A stretch of 32,000 nucleotides of DNA from Vibrio cholerae ATCC 14035 (GTDB taxonomy: Bacteria > Pseudomonadota > Gammaproteobacteria > Enterobacterales > Vibrionaceae), in NCBI RefSeq assembly GCF_000621645.1, contig NZ_JHXR01000004.1:120001-152000 (forward strand), written 5' to 3'. The position numbers and the translations under genes were made by a program. Below, one piece after another: positions 20,384 through 28,877 of this stretch. Under the pieces are notes generated by a model that made no database searches, was not told the origin of the DNA, and worked only from the letters and a program-made list of their open reading frames with translations. Each line of letters starts with the position of its first letter. Position 1 is the stretch's first letter.

Positions 20384-21637
20384 TTAAAGAGCGCCGTAGA
20401 TTACAGAACTAATCGCAGCCAAGCCACAAATAACTGTAAAAATCTGTACAGGTGCTGAAGTCTTGAACTTAGCCATTGCAGGCACTTTGTGCATTGCAAA
20501 TACAGGCAGCAGGAACAAGATAGCAGCAATCATTGGTGCGCCCATGGTTTCAATCATACCTAGGATGCTTGGGTTCACAATTGCTACAATCCAAGTGGTG
20601 ATGACGATGAAGCCCAGAGAGATTTTCTCAATCTTGCTGACTTGCATGTTGCTGCGTGATTTCACCAGACCGACTAGACCTTCATGAGCACCTAAGAAGT
20701 GACCGAAGTAGCTTGAGGTGATCGCTGCAAATGCCACGATTGGACCTAAGTAAGAGATGATCGGTGAAGCGTGTTCATTAGCTAGGTAAGACAGAACAGA
20801 GATGTTTTGCTCTTTTGCCATCGCCAGCTCTGCAGGAGACAGTGATAGAACTACCGAGAATACGAAGAACATCACGAAGCCCATCAGCATCATCGCTGCA
20901 CCGCCAGTAATCATGTCCGTTTTTTGTACGGCTTTATCACCAAACTGTTGGCGTTGCTCTTTAGAGAACTGAGAAATGATTGGGCTGTGGTTGAAAGAGA
21001 ACACGATGATTGGGATCGCAAGCCATACGATAGCAGGCATTGCTGACCAGTCAGGTGCGACTTCCATCATGGAAGTGTTCCAATCAGGGATCAGATAGAA
21101 AGAGAGAGCCAGCAGAATGAATACCAGTGGGTAAACCATGGCAGAAGTGGCTTTCAGCATCAGCTCCTTACCAAATACCACACCAGCAGTCATCGCCGTG
21201 ATCAGTGCACCAGATAGTAACCAGCGAGGAATCGATTCCATGCCGATTTGGTTAACGAGGAAAGAATCCACCGTGTTAGTGATGCCCACACCGTAGATCA
21301 GAACGATAGGATAGATGGCGAAAAAGTAAGCAAAAGTAATGAGGTTAGCGCCAGCTTTACCAAAATGTTCTTCAACCGTGTCAGTGATGTCTGCATCAGG
21401 ATTTTTTGCAGATAATACGAAACGAGCGAGAGACTTGTGTGCAAACCAAGTCATTGGGGCGGCAATCAGTGCGAGAAGAACTAATGGCCAGAAGCCACCC
21501 GCACCCGCTTTAATAGGTAGGAACAGGACACCTGCACCAACCGCTGTACCGAAAAGGGACAGAGCCCAGGTGAAATCTTTGTAGGTCCACTTGCTAGCAG
21601 AACGTGCTGTAGAAGTAGCCGCTGTTGTAGTATTCAT
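20384..21637 (-). CDS. sdaC: Serine transporter (HAAAP family, SdaC-like)
   Basis: About 11 predicted TM segments with an HAAAP-type N-terminus (WTYKDFTWALSLFGTAVGAGVLFLP). The position immediately upstream of the serine dehydratase gene matches E. coli sdaCB. Confidence 0.85.
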   Translation of the reverse strand: MNTTTAATSTARSASKWTYKDFTWALSLFGTAVGAGVLFLPIKAGAGGFWPLVLLALIAAPMTWFAHKSLARFVLSAKNPDADITDTVEEHFGKAGANLITFAYFFAIYPIVLIYGVGITNTVDSFLVNQIGMESIPRWLLSGALITAMTAGVVFGKELMLKATSAMVYPLVFILLALSFYLIPDWNTSMMEVAPDWSAMPAIVWLAIPIIVFSFNHSPIISQFSKEQRQQFGDKAVQKTDMITGGAAMMLMGFVMFFVFSVVLSLSPAELAMAKEQNISVLSYLANEHASPIISYLGPIVAFAAITSSYFGHFLGAHEGLVGLVKSRSNMQVSKIEKISLGFIVITTWIVAIVNPSILGMIETMGAPMIAAILFLLPVFAMHKVPAMAKFKTSAPVQIFTVICGLAAISSVIYGAL

Positions 21638-21935
21638 ATGTTTTTACTCATTTTGGGAACAGGAAATAAGTCGGAGCGCATTTTTGCACATTTTTCACAT
21701 AAGAAAACTAGATCTAAATCATGATTGGTTGTACTTATTGAAACTTCTATCAAAAACCTATTTTTGATCACGAAATTGGCGTGCCACATGTGAGAATTGT
21801 TAATGGGTTGGATTAGATTTAGTTATGTTTGCGTGAAAAATTCTCAGTGAATGGTCAGGAAAACGTTTGCTTGTTTTTTTGATTAGATTTTCTAATGATT
21901 TGTATTGCCTTGCCCAAAGTGAGAAAAATAGGCCT

Positions 21936-22550
21936 TCAAACTAACTCATTGTAATTAATAAATTGTTTTTGAAGGGATTGGATGATTTGTGCGGTCATAC
22001 CCCATATAAAATGTTGTTTATAGGAGAGGGCGAACAGTTTATGACGGTGTTTTTTTAACTGAAAAGTCCCGCTGTAGATCTTTTTTCGATCAAGCAAAAA
22101 ACTGATCGGCACTTCAAACACTTCATCGACTTCGTTGTGATCGAGCTGAATCGGGTAGTCGGATTCGACAAAAGCTAAAAAAGGCGTCACGGCAAATTGG
22201 CTTACGGTCACTAACTCAGGCAACTGACCAACAATACGAATTTTCTCTTCTGGGATGCCAATCTCTTCTCGTGCTTCTCGCTTTGCCGTCTGCTGTAACG
22301 AGTGGTCGCTCTCTTCGTACTTTCCGCCGGGAAAACTGATTTGCCCGGGATGATGCCTCAAATGTGCTGCGCGCTTGGTCATGATCACTTGTAGGCCTTG
22401 CGGGCGTTCTACTACGCCAATCAATACCGACGCTTTACGTAGCTTCTCTGGCGCTAAATGTGCGACGCGCCGCAAGCTTTCCTGAGGATAGGCGGCGGGT
22501 AAATGGAGCTGAAACTGCTGGATAAACTCGTGACGGCTAATGTTTTGCAA
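21936..22550 (-). CDS. nudL: CoA pyrophosphatase, Nudix hydrolase (NudL/YeaB-like)
   Basis: The Nudix box is GGKYEESDHSLQQTAKREAREEIGI, and the C-terminal FIWGMTAQII resembles E. coli NudL. The pabB-nudL-sdaA order matches E. coli. The only in-frame start giving full length is TTG at 22550. Confidence 0.8.
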   Translation of the reverse strand: MQNISRHEFIQQFQLHLPAAYPQESLRRVAHLAPEKLRKASVLIGVVERPQGLQVIMTKRAAHLRHHPGQISFPGGKYEESDHSLQQTAKREAREEIGIPEEKIRIVGQLPELVTVSQFAVTPFLAFVESDYPIQLDHNEVDEVFEVPISFLLDRKKIYSGTFQLKKHRHKLFALSYKQHFIWGMTAQIIQSLQKQFINYNELV

Positions 22551-22642
22551 AGCAGGCCTCTATACCGTGATTAACGTATAACACCTGTTATAGCGTGTTT
22601 CAAAAGGATGCGCTGTCGGTTACTGCACATTTGCCAGATATG

Positions 22643-22686
22643 ATATCCCCTTTCTACCGACTTGACGCTGTACGTAGGAAGGGGAT
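22643..22686 (-). repeat. Possible degenerate mini ERIC-like hairpin
   Basis: The minus strand reads ATCCCCTTCCTAC...GTAGAAAGGGGAT. It shares the CCCTTCCTAC / CAAGTCG..GTAG basal-stem pattern of the family but lacks the TATA ends and the core. Confidence 0.3.
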
Positions 22687-22691
22687 GGCTT

Positions 22692-22722
22692 GAGAAGAAA
22701 ACCGCCAGCGAGCATAGGCGGT
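22692..22722 (-). terminator. Rho-independent terminator of pabB
   Basis: On the minus strand, ACCGCC-tatgctcgct-GGCGGT is followed by TTTTCTTCT, about 24 nt after the pabB stop. Confidence 0.7.
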
Positions 22723-22746
22723 GCTGACGGTGGTTCAAACTGAGAG

Positions 22747-24123
22747 TTAGGATTCTAGGGTTGGAAGAATTCGGCTTAACTTATCTAGCGTTTCTTGATA
22801 CTCCGCAGCGCCTTCGCTGTCAGCCACCAAGCCGCCACCCGCCCAAGCGTAAAGCTGCTGCTGATAGGCCACTAAAGTGCGGATCGTGATGCTGGTATCC
22901 ATTTTTCCATGACGGCTGAGATAGCCAATTGAGCCACAATAAGCGCTACGGCGATGCGGCTCGAGCTCCTCAATGATTTCCATTGCCCGCACTTTGGGCG
23001 CTCCCGTAATCGAACCGCCGGGAAAACAGGCGCGTAACAGATCGGCGGCTTGGTATTGCTCATCCAGTGTTGCGCGAATCGTGCTCACCAGATGGTGCAC
23101 GGCGGGAAAGCTTTCGACATCAAACAACTTAGGTACATGCACGCTACCCGGCTTTGCCACACGACCAATATCATTACGCAGCAGATCGACAATCATTAAA
23201 TTCTCGGCCTGATCTTTTTCTGCGCTGACTAAATCTTGCTTGAGTAGGGCATCTTGTTGCTTGTCGGCATGGCGTGGACGTGTGCCTTTGATCGGTTTGG
23301 TTTCAATCACTCGATCACAAACTTGCAGAAAACGTTCTGGAGAAACACTCAAAATTGCGCCTTGTGGCAAACGCAAAAAGGCGGAGAAGGGCGCTTGATT
23401 ACCTTTTTCCAGCTTCAAATACGCTTGCCATTCACTACCAGTGTAGTGAGCCTGAAAACGCTGCGCGAGGTTGATCTGGTAACAGTCTCCCGAGCGTAAA
23501 TAGTCCTGTACACGAGCAAATTTATCTTGATAGGCGGTATAGCTCATATTGGATCGCCAAGGCGATGTGAGAGCAAAGTCAGTTACTTCGCTTGGCTTTA
23601 TCGCCTCTTGTTGGTTTAACCAACCCCAAGCGTCTTCAACATTTTGTCCGACCAATTGCGCGGTGTGCTGTTGGTGATCGACCACGAGCGCCCAAGAATA
23701 GATGCCCACGGCCATATCGGGCATAGCAATATCTTGTTCTGCTAAGCTAGGGAGGACTTCGACTCGGCGTCCTAAATCATAGGAAAAATACCCCAGAGCA
23801 CCGCCAACAAAAGGTAACTCCGACTCATCAGTCACTTGAGGAAGATACTGCTCTTGGATGTCAGCAAGAAGCGCAAAAGGATCTTCTCGTGACAATGTCA
23901 CGCCGTTCTGGGCGTGAATTTCAGTTTCATCACCAAAAGTCACTAAAGTGGCGAAAGGATTGGCGACCAGAATATCAAAGCGGCTATCCATATGGGTGGT
24001 AGACGCAGAGCGCAGCAGCATTGCCCAAGGTTGCTGCTCAATGGATGTGAAAAATTGTTTAGCAATATCAGGGTGATAAGTTAATTTTTTGTGTTCAATT
24101 GACAAAGTTTGGTTGTTATTCAT
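22747..24123 (-). CDS. pabB: Aminodeoxychorismate synthase component I
   Basis: Chorismate-binding enzyme signatures are SPERFL, PIKGTRPR, ENLMIVDLLRNDIGRV, FPGGSITGAPKVRAMEIIEELE and GGGLVADS. The size and the pabB-nudL-sdaA synteny favour PabB over TrpE or PheA-type paralogues. Confidence 0.85.
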   Translation of the reverse strand: MNNNQTLSIEHKKLTYHPDIAKQFFTSIEQQPWAMLLRSASTTHMDSRFDILVANPFATLVTFGDETEIHAQNGVTLSREDPFALLADIQEQYLPQVTDESELPFVGGALGYFSYDLGRRVEVLPSLAEQDIAMPDMAVGIYSWALVVDHQQHTAQLVGQNVEDAWGWLNQQEAIKPSEVTDFALTSPWRSNMSYTAYQDKFARVQDYLRSGDCYQINLAQRFQAHYTGSEWQAYLKLEKGNQAPFSAFLRLPQGAILSVSPERFLQVCDRVIETKPIKGTRPRHADKQQDALLKQDLVSAEKDQAENLMIVDLLRNDIGRVAKPGSVHVPKLFDVESFPAVHHLVSTIRATLDEQYQAADLLRACFPGGSITGAPKVRAMEIIEELEPHRRSAYCGSIGYLSRHGKMDTSITIRTLVAYQQQLYAWAGGGLVADSEGAAEYQETLDKLSRILPTLES

Positions 24124-24298
24124 TTGTGTAATTTGTGACAGAGAAACCGTTCATTGCGTAGCATCGCAGGGAAAGCAAGAGTATCATAAAAATCTCATAC
24201 AAAGCTGCTACTTAAAGAGTGAGCGTCTCCTTCGGTTTTGGAAGCAGTAATTCACCCAAGTCGCAGTACACGGAAGCATAACAATAACGAGGCGAGCA

Positions 24299-25816
24299 AT
24301 GACGGTAATACGCAAGCAAGATGTGATCAGCAGTGTCGCTGATGCGCTGCAGTACATCTCCTACTACCACCCATTAGACTTTGTAAAAGCCCTAGAAAAA
24401 GCCTACCAACGTGAAGAAAGCCAAGCGGCGAAAGATTCGATAGCGCAGATTTTGATTAACTCGCGCATGTCTGCAGAAGGCCACCGCCCCATTTGTCAGG
24501 ATACGGGTATTGTCACTTGTTTCGTCAATATTGGTATGGGCGTGCAATGGGATTCGACCGACATGACGGTGCAGCAGATGGTGGATGAGGGCGTGCGCCA
24601 AGCGTACACCAACCCAGATAACCCACTGCGTGCCTCAGTATTGATGGATCCTGCGGGCAAGCGCATCAATACCAAAGACAATACCCCAGCTGTGGTGCAC
24701 ATCAATATGGTGCCTGGCGATAAAGTGGATATTCAAATTGCGGCCAAAGGCGGCGGCAGTGAAAACAAAACCAAGATGGTGATGCTCAATCCGTCCGATG
24801 ATATTGCGGAATGGGTAGAAAAAACCGTACCCTTGATGGGCGCGGGCTGGTGTCCACCGGGCATGCTCGGCATTGGTATTGGCGGTACGGCGGAAAAAGC
24901 GGCCGTCCTCGCCAAAGAAGCTTTGATGGAACACATTGATATTCATGAGCTTATCGAGCGTGGTCCGCAAAATGCGGAAGAAGAGCTGCGTTTAGACATT
25001 TTCAACCGTGTGAATAAGCTCGGTATTGGCGCGCAAGGCCTTGGTGGTTTGACCACAGTGGTTGATGTGAAAATCAAATCGGCACCGACACATGCCGCTT
25101 CTAAGCCTGTCTGCATGATCCCCAACTGTGCGGCGACACGCCACGTGCATTTCACACTCGATGGCAGCGGCCCTGCGCAGTTAACACCGCCTAAGTTAGA
25201 AGATTGGCCACAAATCACTTGGGAAGCGGGCGCGAATACGCGTCGTGTCAATCTTGATAACATCACCCGTGAAGAGATCCAAACGTGGAAAACCGGTGAA
25301 ACGGTTCTGCTGTCTGGCAAGATACTCACTGGTCGTGACGCCGCCCATAAACGCATTCAAACCATGCTGCAAAAAGGCGAAAAATTGCCTGACAGTGTCG
25401 ATTTGAAAGACAAGTTCATTTACTACGTAGGTCCTGTGGACGCAGTAGGCGATGAAGTGGTTGGCCCTGCAGGCCCTACAACTTCAACTCGTATGGATAA
25501 GTTTACCGACATGATGCTGGAAGAGGTCGGCGTCATGGGCATGATTGGTAAAGCTGAGCGCGGCCCAGCTACCGTTGAATCGATCAAAAAACACAAAGCT
25601 GTTTATTTGATGGCAGTCGGTGGTGCGGCTTACTTAGTGGCGAAAGCGATCAAGAAAGCTCGCGTAGTCGCGTTTGAAGACTTAGGCATGGAGGCAATCT
25701 ACGAATTTGAAGTCGAAGATATGCCAGTCACTGTTGCTGTGGATTCAACGGGCGCGAATGCGCACCAAATCGGTCCAGATACTTGGCGGGTCAAAATCGC
25801 TGAAGCGGCCAAGTAA
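24299..25816 (+). CDS. fumA: Fumarate hydratase, class I (Fe-S dependent)
   Basis: N-terminal catalytic-domain motifs are ICQDTGIVTCFV and GGGSENK. The C-terminal beta-type domain is GKILTGRDAAHKRI, YYVGP and GKAERG. GAGG lies 6 nt upstream of the ATG. Confidence 0.9.
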   Translation: MTVIRKQDVISSVADALQYISYYHPLDFVKALEKAYQREESQAAKDSIAQILINSRMSAEGHRPICQDTGIVTCFVNIGMGVQWDSTDMTVQQMVDEGVRQAYTNPDNPLRASVLMDPAGKRINTKDNTPAVVHINMVPGDKVDIQIAAKGGGSENKTKMVMLNPSDDIAEWVEKTVPLMGAGWCPPGMLGIGIGGTAEKAAVLAKEALMEHIDIHELIERGPQNAEEELRLDIFNRVNKLGIGAQGLGGLTTVVDVKIKSAPTHAASKPVCMIPNCAATRHVHFTLDGSGPAQLTPPKLEDWPQITWEAGANTRRVNLDNITREEIQTWKTGETVLLSGKILTGRDAAHKRIQTMLQKGEKLPDSVDLKDKFIYYVGPVDAVGDEVVGPAGPTTSTRMDKFTDMMLEEVGVMGMIGKAERGPATVESIKKHKAVYLMAVGGAAYLVAKAIKKARVVAFEDLGMEAIYEFEVEDMPVTVAVDSTGANAHQIGPDTWRVKIAEAAK

Positions 25817-25857
25817 AGGCTTGCCTCTTCTCAGCGAGGAACTTGGCAAAAAATGAC

Positions 25858-25884
25858 AAAGGTGCACGTAAGTTGCACCTTTTT
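25858..25884 (+). terminator. Rho-independent terminator of fumA
   Basis: GGTGCA-cgtaagt-TGCACC followed by TTTTT. Confidence 0.8.
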
Positions 25885-25890
25885 AATAGG

Positions 25891-25925
25891 ATACCTTTCC
25901 TACTCGAAGCTGTAGTTTTGGTATA
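25891..25925 (+). repeat. Mini ERIC-like hairpin, 35 bp with the interior deleted
   Basis: ATACCTTTCCTACTCGAAGCTG joined to TAGTTTTGGTATA, that is, the left and right ends of the element without the ~90-bp interior. The basal stem ATACC/GGTAT plus CTAC/GTAG is retained. Confidence 0.55.
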
Positions 25926-25964
25926 CAATTCATTTCGTTATCGATAGGTCAGGAGTTAGTAGGC

Positions 25965-26150
25965 ATGCCTCGTTTTATTCAGATTCTACAAATCATTATT
26001 GCTGTGGTGATCGGTGCTGTGGTCGGTTACGACCTTATTTTGAACGGTATCAGCATTTTTAATGATAAATACGTCACCATCACCTGCGGTTTATTTGTGC
26101 TGCTTGAGATCGCACTGTTTGTCATCTACAAACTGATCGAAGAAGATTAA
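25965..26150 (+). CDS. Hypothetical small membrane protein (61 aa, two predicted TM helices)
   Basis: AGGAG lies 10 nt upstream of the ATG. Two hydrophobic segments (ILQIIIAVVIGAVVGY and TCGLFVLLEIALFVIY) precede an acidic C-terminus. I recognise no homologue. Confidence 0.5.
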   Translation: MPRFIQILQIIIAVVIGAVVGYDLILNGISIFNDKYVTITCGLFVLLEIALFVIYKLIEED

Positions 26151-26250
26151 TCCCTCTTATCGCTCCTGTGACTTGAATGGCTTATAGACAGGAGCGAGCC
26201 ATTACCCATTGTGATTTGCTCTGTGCCTAGTACTTACCTGAGCAAAAGCG

Positions 26251-26314
26251 ATACCCGAACGACTTGGCGTTTCAGGTAGTCAGCACTGCTGCCACTTTAA
26301 GTAGGAAGGGTATA
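26251..26314 (-). repeat. Internally deleted ERIC-like element, 64 bp, inverted orientation
   Basis: The minus strand reads TATACCCTTCCTACTTaAAGtgGCAGCaGTGcTGaCTAC|CTGaAACgCCAAGTcGTTcGGGTAT. The junction falls at the CTAC motif that occurs twice in full-length copies. Confidence 0.65.
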
Positions 26315-26374
26315 TTCATCTCACATTAAGCTTGAGTTTATTAAGCTGTGCGAAATCCTGATTTGGAGTGAACA

Positions 26375-27748
26375 ATGCAGCGTATTCGTCAAGAAATGAG
26401 CGACTTTATCCATCGTGGCCTCGATTCTCATGTCCGTCTTGCGGTGACGGGACTTTCGCGCGCAGGTAAAACGGCGTTTATTACCTCTCTCGTCAATCAA
26501 CTGCTGCATACGTCCAGCCATCATAATCTCCCTCTGTTAGCGGCGGATCGTGAGCAGCGCTTGATTGGCGCAAAGCGTGTGCCGCAAAGCAACATGATGG
26601 TGCCACGCTTTGCCTATGATGAAGCGTTAACCGAGTTGCAAAGCAGCCCTGCAAACTGGCCAGTGCCAACCCGAGATGTAAGCGAAATTCGTTTGGCGAT
26701 CAAATACAAGCCGAAAAAACGCAGCAAAAAGCTACTCACCAGTAGTGCAACTCTCTATCTCGACATTATCGACTATCCCGGAGAGTGGTTGCTCGATTTA
26801 CCGCTATTAGAGATGGATTACGCCACTTGGTCAGCACAGCAATTTCATGCTCTGCATGGGTTACGCAAAGAGCTCGCTAAGCCTTGGTGTGACGCTGTGG
26901 AGCAGCTTGATCTTCACCAAGAAGCTAATGAGCAAACCTTGGCGGCGATTGCCGCGAGTTACACCGACTATCTGCATCAATGTAAAGCCAGTGGACTGCA
27001 TTGGGTTCAGCCGGGACGATTTGTGTTGCCAGGGGAGCTGGAAGGTGCGCCTGTGCTGCAATTTTTCCCGTGTCATGCGCCGCAGGGCTCAGTGAGCAAG
27101 CAGAGCTATTACGCTTTGCTGCAAGCGCGCTATCAGGAGTACCAAAACAAGGTGGTAAAAGCCTTTTATAAGGACTATTTCGCGACGTTTGATCGCCAGA
27201 TTGTGTTGGTGGATTGCCTATCGCCGCTCAATGTTGGGCACGAATCGTTTTTGGATATGCGCAGCGCGCTGGAGCAAATCATGCACAGTTTCCGCTATGG
27301 GCGCAGTGGTTTGCTCAGCCGTTTATTTGCACCCAAAATCGATAAAGTCGTCTTTGCGGCTACTAAGGCTGACCATGTAACACCGGAGCAGCATGTCAAT
27401 ATGGTTTCTCTATTGCAGCAGATGATCCATCCGGCATGGCAGCATGCAGCCTATGAAAATATTGAAATGAACTGCATCAGCATGGCTTCGGTGCGCGCCA
27501 CGCAGTCAGGTTACATCATGCAGGGAGAGCAGAAGGTGGCGGCGATTCAAGGTATCACTCTGGAAGGTGAATCCATCACGCTCTTTCCCGGTGAGGTGCC
27601 GCGCAAACTGCCAGATCCCGATTATTGGCAGCGTCAGGCGTTTGATTTTACGGCGTTTCGTCCACTGCCCACGGCGATGGATGAGCCATGCCAGCACATT
27701 CGAGTCGATAAAGCCCTCGACATTCTGATTGGAGATAAACTGCGATGA
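26375..27748 (+). CDS. ycjX: YcjX-like P-loop NTPase (DUF463 family)
   Basis: The Walker A motif is [12 protein letters not shown] and the Walker B-like region is [11 protein letters not shown]. The size and the ycjX-ycjF-tyrR order match E. coli. GGAG lies 8 nt upstream of the ATG. Confidence 0.85.
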   Translation: MQRIRQEMSDFIHRGLDSHVRLAVTGLSRAGKTAFITSLVNQLLHTSSHHNLPLLAADREQRLIGAKRVPQSNMMVPRFAYDEALTELQSSPANWPVPTRDVSEIRLAIKYKPKKRSKKLLTSSATLYLDIIDYPGEWLLDLPLLEMDYATWSAQQFHALHGLRKELAKPWCDAVEQLDLHQEANEQTLAAIAASYTDYLHQCKASGLHWVQPGRFVLPGELEGAPVLQFFPCHAPQGSVSKQSYYALLQARYQEYQNKVVKAFYKDYFATFDRQIVLVDCLSPLNVGHESFLDMRSALEQIMHSFRYGRSGLLSRLFAPKIDKVVFAATKADHVTPEQHVNMVSLLQQMIHPAWQHAAYENIEMNCISMASVRATQSGYIMQGEQKVAAIQGITLEGESITLFPGEVPRKLPDPDYWQRQAFDFTAFRPLPTAMDEPCQHIRVDKALDILIGDKLR

Positions 27749-28764
27749 GCGATCTTAAAACCAAACAGATTTTTAGCGAGCCACTGCAAGGTAGTTTAGA
27801 AACGCCGAGCTTGACGGCTCAGCAGCAGTTTAGCGCACAAGAAAAGTTTGTGCCCATGAACATGGAAGAGCCAGCAGAAGAGGCATTGGAAGCTGAGCTT
27901 GACACCGTCATTCGACCCAGCAAAGGGCGCAAATGGTTTGCCGGTGGCTTGTTTGCGGCTTTCAGTGGTTTGGTCGCATGGCAGGCTATCGATAGCGTGG
28001 TACAAGCCATTCAACATTCGGACTGGCTCAGCCTAGGATGGGTGGGGTTTATCAGTGCTTTGGCGACGTTAGGGTTGGGCGCTATCGCGAAAGAGTTGTG
28101 GAAACTGCGTCGTCTACGTCAGCATTTTAGTGTTCAAGAACAAGCGCAAATCTTGATGGAGAATGATGCAGTTGGCCAAGGCCAAGTGTTCTGTGAGCAG
28201 ATAGCCAAACAAGGTAAAGTGGATAAGCAGGGCTACCAACGTTGGCTATCGGCTCTCAATAGTAGCCACAGTGATGCAGAAATTCTCGATTTGTATGATG
28301 CGTTGGTGGTGGCCGAACAAGACAAACAAGCCAGCCAAATTGTGACTCGTTATGCGACTGAAGCGGCCGCATTAGTGGCGATTAGCCCGCTCGCGATTGC
28401 TGATATGTTGCTGGTGGCTTGGCGTAACTTTTCCATGGTGGATCAACTGGCAAAAGTGTATGGCGTTGAACTCGGTTACTGGTCACGCATAAAACTGTTT
28501 AAAGCCGTATTGCTCAATATGGCGTTAGCTGGAGTCAGTGAATTGGCTGTTGATGCCAGCGTGGATCTGTTTTCCATGGACTTGGCCGGACGCCTTTCTG
28601 CCCGTGCAGGGCAGGGGGTAGGCGTAGGTATTCTGACCGCACGTTTGGGCATTAAAGCGGTAGGGTTGCTGCGTCCACTGCCATGGCACCCCGATCGTCA
28701 ACTCAAACTGAGTGCGGTTCGTAAGCAAGTCGTGAGTAAAGTGGCTGCTTTGCTCGCCAAATAA
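27745..28764 (+). CDS. ycjF: YcjF-family inner-membrane protein (UPF0283)
   Basis: The start overlaps the ycjX stop as ATGA. TM segments lie in the middle ([34 protein letters not shown]), and the C-terminal domain is typical of YcjF. Confidence 0.85.
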   Translation: MSDLKTKQIFSEPLQGSLETPSLTAQQQFSAQEKFVPMNMEEPAEEALEAELDTVIRPSKGRKWFAGGLFAAFSGLVAWQAIDSVVQAIQHSDWLSLGWVGFISALATLGLGAIAKELWKLRRLRQHFSVQEQAQILMENDAVGQGQVFCEQIAKQGKVDKQGYQRWLSALNSSHSDAEILDLYDALVVAEQDKQASQIVTRYATEAAALVAISPLAIADMLLVAWRNFSMVDQLAKVYGVELGYWSRIKLFKAVLLNMALAGVSELAVDASVDLFSMDLAGRLSARAGQGVGVGILTARLGIKAVGLLRPLPWHPDRQLKLSAVRKQVVSKVAALLAK

Positions 28765-28783
28765 CCTTTCATTCTCGGAAACT

Positions 28784-28805
28784 GCGATCCGTTATCACGG
28801 ATCGC
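28784..28805 (+). other. 8-bp hairpin downstream of ycjF (possible weak terminator or RNA-stability element)
   Basis: GCGATCCG-ttatca-CGGATCGC followed by only TT, so there is no proper U-tract. Confidence 0.35.
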
Positions 28806-28836
28806 TTGACGCCGATCTGGGCTTGGGCGAAACTAC

Positions 28837-28854
28837 TGTCAACTTTTCGTGACA
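28837..28854 (+). promoter_or_regulatory. Putative TyrR box (autoregulatory operator)
   Basis: TGTCAACTTTTCGTGACA fits the 18-bp TGTAAA-N6-TTTACA dyad at the symmetric TGT/ACA positions. It lies 23 nt upstream of the proposed tyrR GTG start. Confidence 0.4.
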
Positions 28855-28877
28855 CTTTCAAACAGGATCCTATTAAA

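Noticed and set aside
24392-25356. Multiple antisense or out-of-frame ORFs of 60-146 aa inside fumA. Similar ones occur inside opgH, opgG, both MCPs, tyrR, sdaA and asnS, for example 24943-25356, 29475-29915, 6324-6719 and 15251-15586.
   Set aside because: They are fully embedded in strongly supported genes. They have low-complexity or Arg/Ser-rich compositions typical of shadow ORFs and no SD or family similarity.
26320-26374. A sigma32-type heat-shock promoter upstream of ycjX (CTTGAG ... CCTGATTT).
   Set aside because: The spacing between the -35-like and -10-like elements is about 19 nt, too long for the sigma32 consensus, and the -10 match is poor.
28806-28877. ORF-track N-terminal extensions for tyrR (28806), aspC (11678), asnS (16342), thiD (13938), opgG (5137), the HD-GYP gene (13474), the DUF294 gene (10162) and MCP-1 (5509).
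   Set aside because: The extensions begin at TTG or other upstream codons that have no counterpart in well-known homologues. In some cases they would cover operator or riboswitch sequence. Internal ATG or GTG codons that match homologue N-termini or have SD sequences were preferred.
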